A stretch of DNA of 64,000 nt from Dehalococcoidia bacterium (GTDB lineage Bacteria > Chloroflexota > Dehalococcoidia > Plut-88900). The notes beneath the pieces were generated by a model, which saw only the letters and a program-made list of their open reading frames with translations, was not told the origin of the DNA and did not search any database. Every line of letters begins with the position of its first letter. The stretch's first letter is position 1. The translations under genes were made by a program, and so were the position numbers. Location of the stretch: NCBI GenBank assembly GCA_965249275.1, contig CBDFLQ010000005.1, positions 384,001-448,000 on the forward strand, in the 5' to 3' direction. Shown here one piece after another: positions 7,217-18,141 of this stretch.

Positions 7217-7348
7217 CTAGCCGGTCAGGACTACCAGGGTTATCAGGAGGGCGATTTGGGTTGCGCCCATTGCCACTATTGCCAGAAACTGCCAGTCAAA
7301 CCGGCCATTGATTTCGCGTAGCCCGGCGGACAGCCTCTGGATGCCCAC
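7217..7348 (-). CDS. Small membrane protein (43 aa), not in the ORF track
   Basis: GTG 10 nt after the greA stop with GAGG RBS; MGIQRLSAGLREINGRFDWQFLAIVAMGATQIALLITLVVLTG*. Confidence 0.5.
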   Translation of the reverse strand: MGIQRLSAGLREINGRFDWQFLAIVAMGATQIALLITLVVLTG

Positions 7349-7358
7349 GGCCCGCCTC

Positions 7359-8159
7359 TCAGGACACGATTTCCAGTATCTTGAATTTCATCGCGCCAGC
7401 GGGGGCTACGACAACCACCTCATCCCCATTCGACCTGCCGAGCATCGCCTTGCCCACGGGGGAAGCTATGGATATCCTGCCCTCGGAGATCTTGGCTTCG
7501 CTGGGCGAGACCAGCTTGTACTGGACCTTGTTGCCGTTAGTCAGGTTCTCCAGTGCGACGGTGCGTCCTATGGCCACCCTGGAGTCTGCGCTCCGAATAT
7601 GGTCTTCGTTCAGCAGCTCCGCCGTTCGAACTAACGCTTCCAGCTCCAGGATCCGGGACTCTACCCGGCCCTGGTCTTCTCTAGCGGCATCCAGGGGAGC
7701 GTTCTCCCGGAAGTCCTTGTCCGCTGCAGCCTTCATTATCGCCTCGGCGAGGGCGCCCCGCCTCGACTTCAGCTCCTTAAGCTCGGTCTGGATCCTTTCG
7801 AAGCCTTCGGCGGTAAGCTGGGAGACTACCCGTGCGCGCTTCGGCCCTTCTTTGGAGGTGGTCTGGGACTTCCTGACCCTAAAACTTGGGGCAAGGCTTA
7901 TGCGGAAGGTGCCCTGCTTGTGGGCGAAATTCAAAAAAGCCCGCACGTGAGGCGAGCTTTCCGTTGCTGCCATTTTGCTCAGGTCCTGGGCATAACGCTC
8001 GACTTCCTGACCCGTGACGTTCACTGCCGGCCGGTCTTTGCCGCACCACCTCACAAATTTTGCCACGGCGGGTTCAATCTTCATGCGTTTCTTTTGCGTG
8101 AGGGTCTCAAGGTATTGGGTTGCCAGGTCATCAAGGGTCAGATCGGTCACACTATCCAT
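7359..8159 (-). CDS. greA: Transcription elongation factor GreA with about 110-aa N-terminal extension
   Basis: LTAEGFE..ELKELK, DFRENAPLDAAREDQ, ISIASPVGKAMLG, APAG. Confidence 0.92.
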   Translation of the reverse strand: MDSVTDLTLDDLATQYLETLTQKKRMKIEPAVAKFVRWCGKDRPAVNVTGQEVERYAQDLSKMAATESSPHVRAFLNFAHKQGTFRISLAPSFRVRKSQTTSKEGPKRARVVSQLTAEGFERIQTELKELKSRRGALAEAIMKAAADKDFRENAPLDAAREDQGRVESRILELEALVRTAELLNEDHIRSADSRVAIGRTVALENLTNGNKVQYKLVSPSEAKISEGRISIASPVGKAMLGRSNGDEVVVVAPAGAMKFKILEIVS

Positions 8160-8412
8160 TCTCAGTTCCCGCTCGCGTTGCTAAAGAAGGTCTACAATGA
8201 AGATCGTTCAAATCCACCTGCCAGAATAGCGGCCCACCCCTACCAACGCTTCACAAACTCAGCCGTACAGGGTCGGCTGCCAGGCTAACCACTTTCAAAC
8301 AAGTATATTACAGGCGAACAACCGGCACAAACGGACTCGTCTTCGACACTGTCCGTCTTTCATAATATAATGGCTTTGGAGGCATACAGGCGTACCGGGA
8401 AAGCCGCATGAC

Positions 8413-10356
8413 ATGAGAAGCAGTTTTATCTATCTCATCATAATCGTCGCGATCGTCGCGATTGTCTTCACGCTCTTCCAGCCATCCTACGGCACGGAGG
8501 ACATTGATCTGTCCGACGTCATATCCATGGCCAAGAGCAATCAGATCAAGGAGATAGAGGTCGACGGGGACAAGCTGACCATCACGGCTCTGGACAATCA
8601 GCGCTACGAGTCCCGAAAAGAGCCCGGCTCCAGCATAGTCGATACTCTGACTGACAACGGCGTCGATATCAGCGCCGGACCCAGCATCCGGGTCAAGGAG
8701 AGGAGCCAGCTCAGCAGCCTCTTCGGGCTCTTCCTCAATTTCCTGCCCCTGATCTTCTTTGGCGCGGTGCTTCTCTTCCTGCTCCGCCAGGCGCAAGGCG
8801 GCAGCAACCAGGCCATGGGCTTCGGCAGGAGCCGAGCCCGTATGTTTGTAGGCAGCAAGACGACCATCACGTTCATGGACGTCGCCGGTGTGGAGGAGGC
8901 GAAGCAGGACCTCCAGGAAGTAGTGGAGTTCCTCCGATTCCCAGAGAAGTTCGCTGCCCTCGGGGCAAAGGTGCCGAGGGGAGTACTGCTGGTCGGGTCC
9001 CCGGGCACGGGCAAGACCCTTCTGAGCCGAGCCGTTGCCGGAGAAGCGGGTGTCCCGTTCTTCTCCATAAGCGGCAGCGAATTTGTCGAGATGTTCGTCG
9101 GAGTGGGTGCATCCCGGGTGCGGGACCTGTTCGACCAGGCCAAGCGCAACGCTCCGTGCATAATATTTGTAGATGAGATAGACGCCGTGGGCCGACACCG
9201 GGGCGCGGGTCTCGGGGGTGGGCACGACGAGCGGGAGCAGACCCTCAACCAGATACTGGTCGAGATGGACGGCTTTGATTCGTCGACCAATGTCATAGTG
9301 CTGGCCGCCACCAACCGCCCCGACATCCTGGACCCCGCCCTGCTGCGTCCTGGCCGCTTCGACCGGCGCGTCGTCCTAGACCTGCCCGATATCAACGGCA
9401 GACGGGAAATCCTAACCGTTCACTCCAAAGGCAAGCCAATGGCCGATGACGTGGACCTTGAAGTGCTGGCCAAGCAGACCCCAGGTTTCAGCGGCGCCGA
9501 CCTTGCCAACCTGCTCAACGAGGCCGCTATCCTTGCAGCCCGCCACTCTCAGAAGACCATCACAACCCGGCAGGTCGAAGAGGCCATAGACCGGGTTATC
9601 GCAGGCCCGGAGCGCAGGAGCCGCCTTATCAGTGTCAAGGAGAAGGCAATCACCGCCTACCACGAGGTCGGGCACGCATTGGTGGCCCGAATGTTGGAGC
9701 ACTCCGACACCGTTCATAAAGTCTCTATCGTGGCTCGGGGTGGGATGGGGGGATACACGCGGCTCCTTCCCTCCGAAGACCGCTACCTCTACAGCCGCTC
9801 CCAGTTCAAGGCCATGTTGGCCACGGCACTCGGGGGGCGGGTCGCCGAGGATCTGACCTTCAACGAGATCACTACGGGCGCCTCCAACGATTTGGAACAC
9901 GCCACCAAGCTGGCCCGGCGCATGGTCACCGAGTACGGAATGAGCGACACCCTCGGGCCCCGGACTTTCGGGCACAAGGAAGAGCTGGTATTCCTGGGCA
10001 AAGAGCTGTCCGACTCGCGCAACTACAGTGAAAAGATCGCTGTCAGCATCGACCAGGAGATCCAGGACCTGATCCAATTTGCTGAGAACACCGCCCGCGA
10101 CATCCTTATCGCCAACAAGCTCAAGCTGGGCCAGCTAGCCGAGTACGTCATGCAAGTCGAGACCCTGGACGGAGACGACCTTGCCGCTGCCTTCGATGCG
10201 GATGCAACGGCTGATCTCACGGTTGTCGTGCCTGCGGTGGTGGCTGCCAAAGCCCCTCCGCCTGCCGTCGAGCCCGAGAAGGACACACCGGCGCCGGAAC
10301 AGCGCGCTCCCGCCTCGGACACCCCGTCCCTGGAGCCGGAGGCGGGCCGGACTTAG
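8413..10356 (+). CDS. ftsH: ATP-dependent zinc metalloprotease FtsH
   Basis: Two N-terminal TMs, [31 protein letters not shown]. Confidence 0.98.
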   Translation: MRSSFIYLIIIVAIVAIVFTLFQPSYGTEDIDLSDVISMAKSNQIKEIEVDGDKLTITALDNQRYESRKEPGSSIVDTLTDNGVDISAGPSIRVKERSQLSSLFGLFLNFLPLIFFGAVLLFLLRQAQGGSNQAMGFGRSRARMFVGSKTTITFMDVAGVEEAKQDLQEVVEFLRFPEKFAALGAKVPRGVLLVGSPGTGKTLLSRAVAGEAGVPFFSISGSEFVEMFVGVGASRVRDLFDQAKRNAPCIIFVDEIDAVGRHRGAGLGGGHDEREQTLNQILVEMDGFDSSTNVIVLAATNRPDILDPALLRPGRFDRRVVLDLPDINGRREILTVHSKGKPMADDVDLEVLAKQTPGFSGADLANLLNEAAILAARHSQKTITTRQVEEAIDRVIAGPERRSRLISVKEKAITAYHEVGHALVARMLEHSDTVHKVSIVARGGMGGYTRLLPSEDRYLYSRSQFKAMLATALGGRVAEDLTFNEITTGASNDLEHATKLARRMVTEYGMSDTLGPRTFGHKEELVFLGKELSDSRNYSEKIAVSIDQEIQDLIQFAENTARDILIANKLKLGQLAEYVMQVETLDGDDLAAAFDADATADLTVVVPAVVAAKAPPPAVEPEKDTPAPEQRAPASDTPSLEPEAGRT

Positions 10357-10383
10357 GCGTCCGCCCATCCCTCCGTTTCTGTT

Positions 10384-10596
10384 CTACGCATCCTGAAACT
10401 CTCGCCAGTCGATTCCCAACTGCCTAATTGCTGAGCGCAGTGTTCCCATTTTCAGGTCTCGTCCTCCCCAGTCCGGCAGTGGGGCATTTTTTCGTGTTTC
10501 AGGGTTGAACCATCTTCTATGAGAACCTCCGCTTCTAGTCGGGACTTCGTGGCATCCCAGACTCGACAGCTTGCGGGTGACCTCCCGGTATCTCAC
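10384..10596 (-). CDS. hicA: HicA-family toxin
   Basis: 70 aa; GGSHRRW and DLKMGTLRSAIRQLGI; overlaps the upstream antitoxin by 4 nt. Confidence 0.85.
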   Translation of the reverse strand: MRYREVTRKLSSLGCHEVPTRSGGSHRRWFNPETRKNAPLPDWGGRDLKMGTLRSAIRQLGIDWREFQDA

Positions 10597-10844
10597 GGCG
10601 CGGGAACGGTTATGACAGCCTCAATGGATAGCGAGCCGTTGGTCTCGTCCACCTGAATAATCGGCGGCAAGGCGCGCCCCTCGTCCTCGTAGATCTCCAA
10701 AACGACCGCAAAGGCGTCCTCTGCGTTGGCTAAACATTCCGGGATAGTCTCGCCTTCAGTAATAAGCTCCGGGAGCAGGGGAGAGGTAACTGTATATCCT
10801 CCTTCAGGCTGAGGCTCCAGTACCAGAGGTATTCTCGCTATCAT
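10593..10844 (-). CDS. hicB: HicB-family antitoxin
   Basis: EGGYTVTSPLLPELITEGETIPECLANAEDA; GGAG RBS. Confidence 0.85.
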   Translation of the reverse strand: MIARIPLVLEPQPEGGYTVTSPLLPELITEGETIPECLANAEDAFAVVLEIYEDEGRALPPIIQVDETNGSLSIEAVITVPAP

Positions 10845-11067
10845 GGGGCAACTCCAAGAGCGGAGCAGATCACTTCTGCCGATTTTGAGGTTGTCATATT
10901 TTCAAACACCGGACGCACGGATTTCATTCGTCCATGCTGGAGAAAAAGAGTAGGTCTTCAGTAAAGCTATCCGAACCCCCTCACGCTGTCAAACTCCCCA
11001 CCCCGGATACCCCGTCTCTGGAGCCGGAAGCGGGTCGGACTTAGGATTCGGTCTCGGTGAGAGGGGG

Positions 11068-13662
11068 CTAGGGAGTGACCTCGTACTCCAGCTCCACGAG
11101 CTTTCGGCCCTCGTTGTAGACGTGGAGCCGGTATTCCCCAGGCGCCCAGAGATCCGATGGTGATTGCCCTACTTGCAACCACCATGACCATAAGCTGCCG
11201 TTGTGTCGGGCGTCTGCAGTGAACGTCACGGTGCGGCGCCCGAATTCAAATCCGTCTTCGTAGTAGTGCACCAGCTCCAGGGGGACCTCCGTATTCGAAC
11301 CGACGTTATAGTCCCAGCGTAGCAGGAGCCAGAGGTAGTCGTCCACGGCCTCGGCGGAGATGCTGGTTAATGGCGTTCCTTCCTGAGTTGCGGACAAGTA
11401 AGCCGTGTGGATGCGTCCGTTGATGGTGCGGAGAATGGGATTGGTTCGGCCGATCTCTTGGTCGGAAGGGGCATAGGGTTCGGTTCCGTCATACCAGCGG
11501 GCGGCTATTGTCTCGACTATGGAAACATCTTCATCCTCATCGCCCTTAAAGGCAGTCCTGACGTGCTCTATCCCGACCTCCGTGTCATCCTGCATCTCAA
11601 CCTCGTCTTCGATTTGAGAGAGCAGATAGAGGTCTCGCAACCCTTCTCGGAAGCTGTCTTCGTCCAGATTGCGGTACAGGTCTACGAAGAGGCGTTCGCC
11701 CAGCGCATAGTTGCAGGTGAATGCACTGTCAGTGCCATCCTCGCTTGTGACGTCCAAGTTTTCCAATTCGGCGATAGTGCGCACATAGCCACAGGGGTCA
11801 TTGGTAACCTCTATAGACCCACCGGTACGAGCGTTTTCGGAGGTGGATGCCATGAAATCCGAGGCACCTTCGTCAACCCAATTGCTGTTGCCGCTCCAAT
11901 AGTAATGGGCTACTTCGTGAGCAACTAGCGAGCCGGCAAACTCCGCCTCATGACTTCCGTCATCGACATCGTATTTGGGCAGGGTGACGATATGCGTACC
12001 GTAGTAGTTGCCACCGAACGTTGGGGTTACAGCATCACCGACGAGCCAACCAACATAGTTGGTAGGAAAGGGGACACCCATGAACTCCTCGGCATGGAGT
12101 ACGGAGTGTTCCAGCAGTTCCATGCTTCGGTCTGCGCCTGGGCCTGTGCGGATGATGGCAAGGTCGGTCTCCCCGGCCAGGGGCAATTCGATGACGCGCT
12201 CTTCCAAGGTGACCTGATCAGGATCGAGCAGGGTATCGATTAGTATCGGGTTGGTGTCGCTAACTCCGTAGAGAGAGGCGACAATCTTGGCCCAGTCGTC
12301 GGTGATGCCGTCGCTGAGGGTCGGGTGGGAGAGGACGCGCTGGTAATCAGCTTGTCTAAACCACGCCATATCGACAAGGGATTCCAGGGCCGATACATCT
12401 GGCGGTTCAAGGGTTTCTAGGAAGGGCATGTCGACAATGCGCGATGCCTGCCCCTCGTTCTTATGCGAGAGATATGAGAGTTCTTCAAGCGCCTGTGCCT
12501 CCTGCTCCCCTATGCCCTCCTGGACCCATTCCAAGGCAACGACTGACAAAGCGACCTCTGCATCATTGAAGCCGCTGAACCAGTCAATCGCTTCAGCCTC
12601 TACGCCCGTAATGCCATCCTGCACCCAGCCCAACTCAACGACTGACGACGCAAGCCCTGCGTCGTCATTAGCGATGTAGGACAACTCTTGGATCGTCTTG
12701 ACTTCTATCTCTTCAATGCCATCCTGCACCCAGCTCAGGGCCACGACTGATGACGCAACCTCCTCATCACCAAAATTGTTCATCCAGCGAACTGCTTCAG
12801 CCTCCAAGTCTTCAATACCGTCATGCATCCAATCCAAATCGACGATGGATGAAACGACTGGACGGCTTGTCACTGCGATATACAACAAGTCCTGGATCAC
12901 CTCTGACTCTCTGGCATCAAGGCCATCTATAACCCAAGGCAATGATTTGATCTCCCTTGCCAAAGCAGGGCTGCCCTGGTCCAGCCAACGGGAGTTTACA
13001 AATCCATTCCAGACGGCCGCGGAGAACGGTGTGGGCGAAGGCGTAGGGCTAGGTGTGGGCGATGGGTCCGGGGCCGGAGTAGGCACGGGTGTTGGTGTGG
13101 GCGAGGGGGTAGGGCTAGGCGTGGGCGAGGGGGTAGGGCTAGGCGTGGGCGAGGGGGTAGGGCTAGGCGTGGGCGAGGGGGTAGGGCTAGGCGTGGGCGA
13201 GGGGGTAGGGCTAGGCGTGGGCGAGGGGGTAGGGCTAGGCGTGGGCGAGGGGGTAGGGCTAGGCGTGGGCGGCGGGGTAGGGCTAGGCGTGGGCGAGGGG
13301 GTAGGGCTAGGCGTGGGCGGCGGGATAGGGCTAAGCGTAGGCGAGGGAGTGGGGCTAGGTGTGGGCGAGGGTGTCGGGATTGGCGTGGGTGAGAGTGTCG
13401 GGCTCGGTGTAGGTACCGGCTCAGGGGTGGGTGCGGGGACGGGTGTCGGCGTGGGATTGGGCGTAGATATCGGGATGGACGTAGGTTCGGGTGTAGAAGC
13501 CGAGGTCGGGCCAGCTTGCACCGTGGCTTCAGTGATTGGCGTCGCCATGGCCGTCGGGGGTAGGGTTTGGGGGATGGTGGGCACGGGAGTGGGCAGCGTA
13601 CTTCGACATCCCATCAAAGCCACAAAGCTGATAAGAATCAATATCGATATATACAGTTTCAT
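11068..13662 (-). CDS. Lipoprotein with Pro/Thr/Ser linker, internal WxxDG repeats and a gluzincin metallopeptidase domain
   Basis: Lipobox LMGC; (SPTP)n linker; five roughly 35-aa repeats ([35 protein letters not shown]); [17 protein letters not shown]. Confidence 0.85.
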   Translation of the reverse strand: MKLYISILILISFVALMGCRSTLPTPVPTIPQTLPPTAMATPITEATVQAGPTSASTPEPTSIPISTPNPTPTPVPAPTPEPVPTPSPTLSPTPIPTPSPTPSPTPSPTLSPIPPPTPSPTPSPTPSPTPPPTPSPTPSPTPSPTPSPTPSPTPSPTPSPTPSPTPSPTPSPTPSPTPSPTPSPTPSPTPTPVPTPAPDPSPTPSPTPSPTPFSAAVWNGFVNSRWLDQGSPALAREIKSLPWVIDGLDARESEVIQDLLYIAVTSRPVVSSIVDLDWMHDGIEDLEAEAVRWMNNFGDEEVASSVVALSWVQDGIEEIEVKTIQELSYIANDDAGLASSVVELGWVQDGITGVEAEAIDWFSGFNDAEVALSVVALEWVQEGIGEQEAQALEELSYLSHKNEGQASRIVDMPFLETLEPPDVSALESLVDMAWFRQADYQRVLSHPTLSDGITDDWAKIVASLYGVSDTNPILIDTLLDPDQVTLEERVIELPLAGETDLAIIRTGPGADRSMELLEHSVLHAEEFMGVPFPTNYVGWLVGDAVTPTFGGNYYGTHIVTLPKYDVDDGSHEAEFAGSLVAHEVAHYYWSGNSNWVDEGASDFMASTSENARTGGSIEVTNDPCGYVRTIAELENLDVTSEDGTDSAFTCNYALGERLFVDLYRNLDEDSFREGLRDLYLLSQIEDEVEMQDDTEVGIEHVRTAFKGDEDEDVSIVETIAARWYDGTEPYAPSDQEIGRTNPILRTINGRIHTAYLSATQEGTPLTSISAEAVDDYLWLLLRWDYNVGSNTEVPLELVHYYEDGFEFGRRTVTFTADARHNGSLWSWWLQVGQSPSDLWAPGEYRLHVYNEGRKLVELEYEVTP
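13097..13312 (+). repeat. 24-bp tandem repeat encoding SPTPSPTP
   Basis: GTGGGCGAGGGGGTAGGGCTAGGC in 7 exact copies (13097-13264), one variant, one exact copy, degenerate flanks. Confidence 0.95.
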
Positions 13663-13671
13663 ATTCCTCCC

Positions 13672-14508
13672 TCAACCTCGCGAGAACAAGCCCCTAGTTC
13701 GCGAGACTCCTGCCATACCCGTGAGTATCAGGAACCCCGCAACGAACCCGCCGATGTGCGCCCAGTAGGCCACTCCCTGCGAGAACTCGCCGCCCAGGGA
13801 GATGAACCCGCTGAAGAACTGGATGATCACCCATATACCGATGAGCATCCACGCGGGTATCGCTACCACGGTGATCAGAATCATGAAGACCACCGTTTGT
13901 ATCCGGGAGTGGGGGAAGAGGACAAGATAGCCACCCAACACACCCGCTATCGCTCCGCTGGCCCCGATGGTCGGTATTGCGGAGTCCATGTCTATGGCCA
14001 CCTGTGCCGCAGAGGCGAACAGCCCCGATATCAGATAGAACGCCAGGAACTTGACGCGGCCCATTCGGGCCTCCAAGTTATTTCCAAACACCCAGAGGAA
14101 GAGCATGTTCCCTATAAGGTGCATCCAGCCGCCGTGCATGAACATGGAGGTGAAGAGGGTTACCCAGGGGCCCGGGCCGCCATCGTAGACGTTTCGAATG
14201 TCCGTGAACTGCACCGTCCCGTCATTACCGATCCTCAGCGCGTGCCGGGCCAACGTCCCCGACACCCCCTCCACATCCAGCACAGACCTATCGCCTTGCT
14301 CCAACAGCGCCGTCACCTGCTCCCCCAGGTCTCCCCGCCCCGTGAGCTCGTATGGAAGAACGCCATAGTTGTTGTAGAAACGGGACAACCCGAAATCGTC
14401 CAGCAGCAGGATTTGATAAAGGAAGACGAGGATGCACACGGCCATGATGGCCACGTTTACTACGGGGATGCCCTGTCTGGGGTGATCGCGGTCTGATATG
14501 GGGAACAT
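13672..14508 (-). CDS. Rhomboid-family intramembrane serine protease
   Basis: FTSMFMHGGWMHLIGNMLFL, GASGA, AYWAHIGGF. Confidence 0.95.
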   Translation of the reverse strand: MFPISDRDHPRQGIPVVNVAIMAVCILVFLYQILLLDDFGLSRFYNNYGVLPYELTGRGDLGEQVTALLEQGDRSVLDVEGVSGTLARHALRIGNDGTVQFTDIRNVYDGGPGPWVTLFTSMFMHGGWMHLIGNMLFLWVFGNNLEARMGRVKFLAFYLISGLFASAAQVAIDMDSAIPTIGASGAIAGVLGGYLVLFPHSRIQTVVFMILITVVAIPAWMLIGIWVIIQFFSGFISLGGEFSQGVAYWAHIGGFVAGFLILTGMAGVSRTRGLFSRG

Positions 14509-14622
14509 TGATGTAGTAGAGGGTCCGGGCTTTCTCGGATGGTCTGATGACTACATTAGAGAGTCGGATTTGGGCTGTCAATCGAGCCACGGGACCTGCG
14601 CCAAGTGATAGAATAAGCCGCC

Positions 14623-15276
14623 ATGCCGACCCAACCAATCGAGGCCGTCATATTCGACATGGACGGCGTACTGGCAGACAGCGAACCCCTATATCACCTC
14701 TCCATGAACCAGGTGCTGCAGGCACACGGACACTCCCTGACCGACGAGGACAACCGTATCATCCTGGGCACGACGGTCATACACACCTGGCAGTGGCTCA
14801 AGGACCGCTTCGAGCTCGACGGGGAACTTGAAGAATGGATTGGGGTATATGACCGGATAATCCTGAAGAACCTCAAGGAAAATGTCGAGCCGTCTCCGGG
14901 GCTCTATGACCTTCTCGACACGCTCAAGTCCCGTGACCTGCCCATAGGGCTCGCCTCTTCCTCCCAGGCCAACTGGGTCGATACCGTGCTCACGACGCTC
15001 GACGTCAAGGACAGGTTCAGCGTCGTAGTCTCGGGCGACATGGTTACCAACGGCAAGCCCGCCCCCGAGATCTTCCTGAAGGCGGCGGGTGATCTCGGGG
15101 CTGAGCCTTCGCGGTGTCTTGTTTTTGAAGACTCGCCGCACGGGATTCAGGCTGGGAAGGCCGCAGGGATGACGGTGGTGGCGGTGTTGACCGACCTGAC
15201 TCGGGACCTGGACCTCTCGCTGGCCGACCGAAGGATCGAGTCTCTGTCGGACTTCGATTTCTCGCTGTTGGGGTGA
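14623..15276 (+). CDS. HAD-family phosphatase (beta-PGM/Gph-like)
   Basis: FDMDGVLADSE, ASSS, GKPAPEIF, FEDSPHG. Confidence 0.92.
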   Translation: MPTQPIEAVIFDMDGVLADSEPLYHLSMNQVLQAHGHSLTDEDNRIILGTTVIHTWQWLKDRFELDGELEEWIGVYDRIILKNLKENVEPSPGLYDLLDTLKSRDLPIGLASSSQANWVDTVLTTLDVKDRFSVVVSGDMVTNGKPAPEIFLKAAGDLGAEPSRCLVFEDSPHGIQAGKAAGMTVVAVLTDLTRDLDLSLADRRIESLSDFDFSLLG

Positions 15277-15388
15277 CTCCTGCCTAACTAGTACGTAAAA
15301 TTCTGGCAAGTTATGAGTCACCCTCACTCTCCTCGGCGAGTCTTTGACACTAGCCCTCTCACGCCTCGGCGCATCTACGACCCATCGA

Positions 15389-15508
15389 GAGACATTTGCG
15401 TAACTCCCAGAGCGGGACCGAATTGGCTAGCTTTTTCATTCTAAACAATCGTGAATTCCCGACCCTGGATTCCCGTTTTCACGGGAAAGACGGTTATGCA
15501 GAGGTCTC
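15389..15508. mobile_element. 120-bp MITE with IS5-like ends inserted into a REP-like repeat
   Basis: TIRs GAGACATTTGCGTAAC and GTTATGCAGAGGTCTC, flanked on both sides by ATCGA (15384-15388, 15509-15513). Confidence 0.75.
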
Positions 15509-15648
15509 ATCGAGGTAGAGGGGATCGGACATCCCCCCGCTCATACTTAGACGTACTCAGCACGAGCGACCCCTCCCCATCAGGGCAAATTGACGGTCAA
15601 TAGCGGCGCCCGCTACACTACGGCCACTTTCCTTGTGAGGATAAAACC

Positions 15649-16818
15649 ATGACCGAACCGACTCCCAAGACCCTCCTCGGCCCTGGCCCTAGCAACGTAC
15701 ATCCCCGCGTCTACTCCGCTATGTCGGGGCCCGTGCTGTCTCACATGGACCCCGACTTCTGGGCCATCATGGACGAAACCGTAGAGCTTCTGCGGGAAGT
15801 CTTCCAGACGGGCAACGGCCTGACGCTTCCCATATCGGGTAGCGGGTCTGCCGGGATGGAAGCCGCCTTATTTAACTCCCTCGAGCCGGGCGACACCGTG
15901 GTAGTCGGTGTAGCGGGGTTCTTTGCTTCCCGAATCGTCGAGATCGCGCAGCGCTGCGATGCCCATGTAGTCCCCGTCGAGGCTGAGTGGGGTAAGGCTG
16001 TTTCCGCCGCTGCCGTCGAGGAAGCCCTGGCCGCTCATCCAGAGACGAAGGTAGTGGCGCTGGTACATTGCGAAACGTCCACAGGAGTATTGCAGCCCCT
16101 GGAGGAGATCGGGCAGCTGGCTCGGGCCCACGGGGCACTGTTCCTAGTCGACAGTGTCGCCTCCCTCGGCGGGCAACGACTCCCGGTCGACGAACTGGGA
16201 ATCGACATCTGCTACAGCGGCAGTCAGAAGAGCCTGAGCTGCCCTCCGGGTCTCGCGCCCATCACCATGAGCCCTCGCGCTGTCGAAGCCATGAAATCGC
16301 GCAAGACCCCTTGCAGAAGCTGGTACCTTGACCTGTCCATGCTGGACGAGTACTGGATCAGCGGCCGGAAATATCATCACACCGCCCCCGCATCCATGAT
16401 CTACGCGTTGCGGGAGTCGCTCCGAATCCTGGTCGAAGAGGGACTGGAGAACAGTTTCGCACGGCACCAGTTGAACGCCGATGCACTACGGGCAGGTGTC
16501 GATGCCATGGGCCTGTCCATCGTGGCCGACGAAGAAGTACGCTCCAACACCGTGAACGGCGTCCGCATGCCCGATGGGGTGGATGCCAACGCCGTACGCA
16601 TGGCCTTGCTGAAGGAACACAACATCGAGACAGGGGGCGGACTCGGGCCGTTCGCGGGGAAAGTGGTAAGGGTCGGGCTGATGGGCTATTCGTCGCAGGA
16701 AACGAACGTACTCTTAGTACTCTCGGCCTTGGGACGGGTGCTAAACGGCTTGGGCTACGAGGTTGCGGCCTCGGCGGGAGTGGGTGCGGCGAGTCGGGTG
16801 TACGGCGGAGCGTCCTAG
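15649..16818 (+). CDS. Alanine/serine--glyoxylate aminotransferase (class V PLP)
   Basis: LLGPGPS, SGSGSAGME, VHCETSTG, VDSVASLGG, SGSQKSLSCPPG, YHHTAP; upstream TTGACG-N18-TACACT. Confidence 0.92.
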   Translation: MTEPTPKTLLGPGPSNVHPRVYSAMSGPVLSHMDPDFWAIMDETVELLREVFQTGNGLTLPISGSGSAGMEAALFNSLEPGDTVVVGVAGFFASRIVEIAQRCDAHVVPVEAEWGKAVSAAAVEEALAAHPETKVVALVHCETSTGVLQPLEEIGQLARAHGALFLVDSVASLGGQRLPVDELGIDICYSGSQKSLSCPPGLAPITMSPRAVEAMKSRKTPCRSWYLDLSMLDEYWISGRKYHHTAPASMIYALRESLRILVEEGLENSFARHQLNADALRAGVDAMGLSIVADEEVRSNTVNGVRMPDGVDANAVRMALLKEHNIETGGGLGPFAGKVVRVGLMGYSSQETNVLLVLSALGRVLNGLGYEVAASAGVGAASRVYGGAS

Positions 16819-18137
16819 CCCGACTTCTCTTCCTGCCGGTACGCCTGGTCCAGCAGTTCAACCACGTGGTAAGACCGCGTCGTCTGGCCGTTCTTTCGCA
16901 ACCCCAAGTCGAGCTGCAGCATGCATCCGGGGTTGGCCGTGGTAACGAAGTCCGCATCAACTTCCATCACATCCCGCATCTTGCTGTCCAGAATCTGCAT
17001 CGAGAGATCGGGGTTGACGATGTTGTAGATGCCCGCCGCTCCGCAGCACTTGTCGGAGTTGCGCATCTCAGAAAACTCCACGCCGGGAATCGAAGACAGC
17101 AGCTTGCGCGGAGCCTCCTTTATTCTCTGGGCGTGGGCCAGATGGCACGAGTCCTGGTAGGTGACCCGCTTCTTGAAACCCGTCTGGGGGGGGACGAGGG
17201 GGAGGGCGGCGAGGAACTCGTTGACGTCCTTGACCTTTGAAGTGAACGTCTTAGCTTTCTCGGAGTACCGAGCATCGTGCTCCAGGAGCTCATCGTACTC
17301 CTTCAGCATGGCCCCGCACCCCGCTGCATTGACGACCACGGTGTCGGCGCTTTCAAAGGCGTCGATGTTCTTTCGGGCCATCTGCCGCGCCGCCTTCCGT
17401 TCGCCGCTGTGTACATTCAAAGCGCCACAGCAGCCTTGCGCACCCGGTATGTCGACCATACACCCGTTTTTGGAGAGAACATTCACCGTGGCCAGGTTCA
17501 CGGGCCCGAACACCAAGGGCATTATGCACCCCGAGAACAGCGCAACTCTTTGCTTCTGTTCTCCTTCTGCCGCCACACTCTTCGCTCTTCCACGGGGATA
17601 CGGGCTTAAGGCCAGCTTTGGCATCATAGATTCCATCTGTGAGAGGCGGGAGGGCAGCAGCGACAGTATCCGGGACTTCCGTACCAGCCATTGCACTCCC
17701 GATGCCTGATAGAGCGCTAGCATCTGAAAGGCCAAGCCGAGTCTGCGCTTGTGAGGAAACATGTGCCTGAAGACGAAGTTCTTGACAGTCCTTTCGATGA
17801 AGGGCTGGGAGGTCTGTTCCTGGATGCGGGCCCGGGTCTCGGTCATCAGGCTCCCGAAGGGCACCCCGGAAGGGCACGCTGCCTCGCAGGCGCGGCACAG
17901 GAGGCAAAGGTCCATGTGCTCCACCAGCTTGTCCGTGTACCCGAATCGACCCTCGGCCACCGCTTTCATAAGGGCAAGTCTGCCCCTTGGAGACTCGGTT
18001 TCCAGGCCGAGCTCCAGGTAAGTGGGGCATTCGTTCAGGCACAGGCCGCAGTGGACGCATCGGTAAAGCTCATCAGCGGTTACTCCGCCTACCGACAGGT
18101 CAAGGAGGTCAATTACCGATTGGTCTGCCCTCACCAA
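16815..18137 (-). CDS. glcF: Glycolate dehydrogenase Fe-S subunit
   Basis: CVHCGLCLNECPTY, CLLCRACEAACPSGV, two CCG domains, TYQDSCHL. Confidence 0.88.
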   Translation of the reverse strand: MVRADQSVIDLLDLSVGGVTADELYRCVHCGLCLNECPTYLELGLETESPRGRLALMKAVAEGRFGYTDKLVEHMDLCLLCRACEAACPSGVPFGSLMTETRARIQEQTSQPFIERTVKNFVFRHMFPHKRRLGLAFQMLALYQASGVQWLVRKSRILSLLPSRLSQMESMMPKLALSPYPRGRAKSVAAEGEQKQRVALFSGCIMPLVFGPVNLATVNVLSKNGCMVDIPGAQGCCGALNVHSGERKAARQMARKNIDAFESADTVVVNAAGCGAMLKEYDELLEHDARYSEKAKTFTSKVKDVNEFLAALPLVPPQTGFKKRVTYQDSCHLAHAQRIKEAPRKLLSSIPGVEFSEMRNSDKCCGAAGIYNIVNPDLSMQILDSKMRDVMEVDADFVTTANPGCMLQLDLGLRKNGQTTRSYHVVELLDQAYRQEEKSG

Positions 18138-18141
18138 AGTC

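Noticed and set aside
13097-13312. CRISPR-like array or functional G-quadruplex
   Set aside because: Contiguous repeats without spacers; the G runs follow from Pro codons on the opposite strand
12698-13768. 356-aa Gly/Val-rich ORF on the + strand
   Set aside because: Antisense shadow of the Pro/Thr repeat of the lipoprotein
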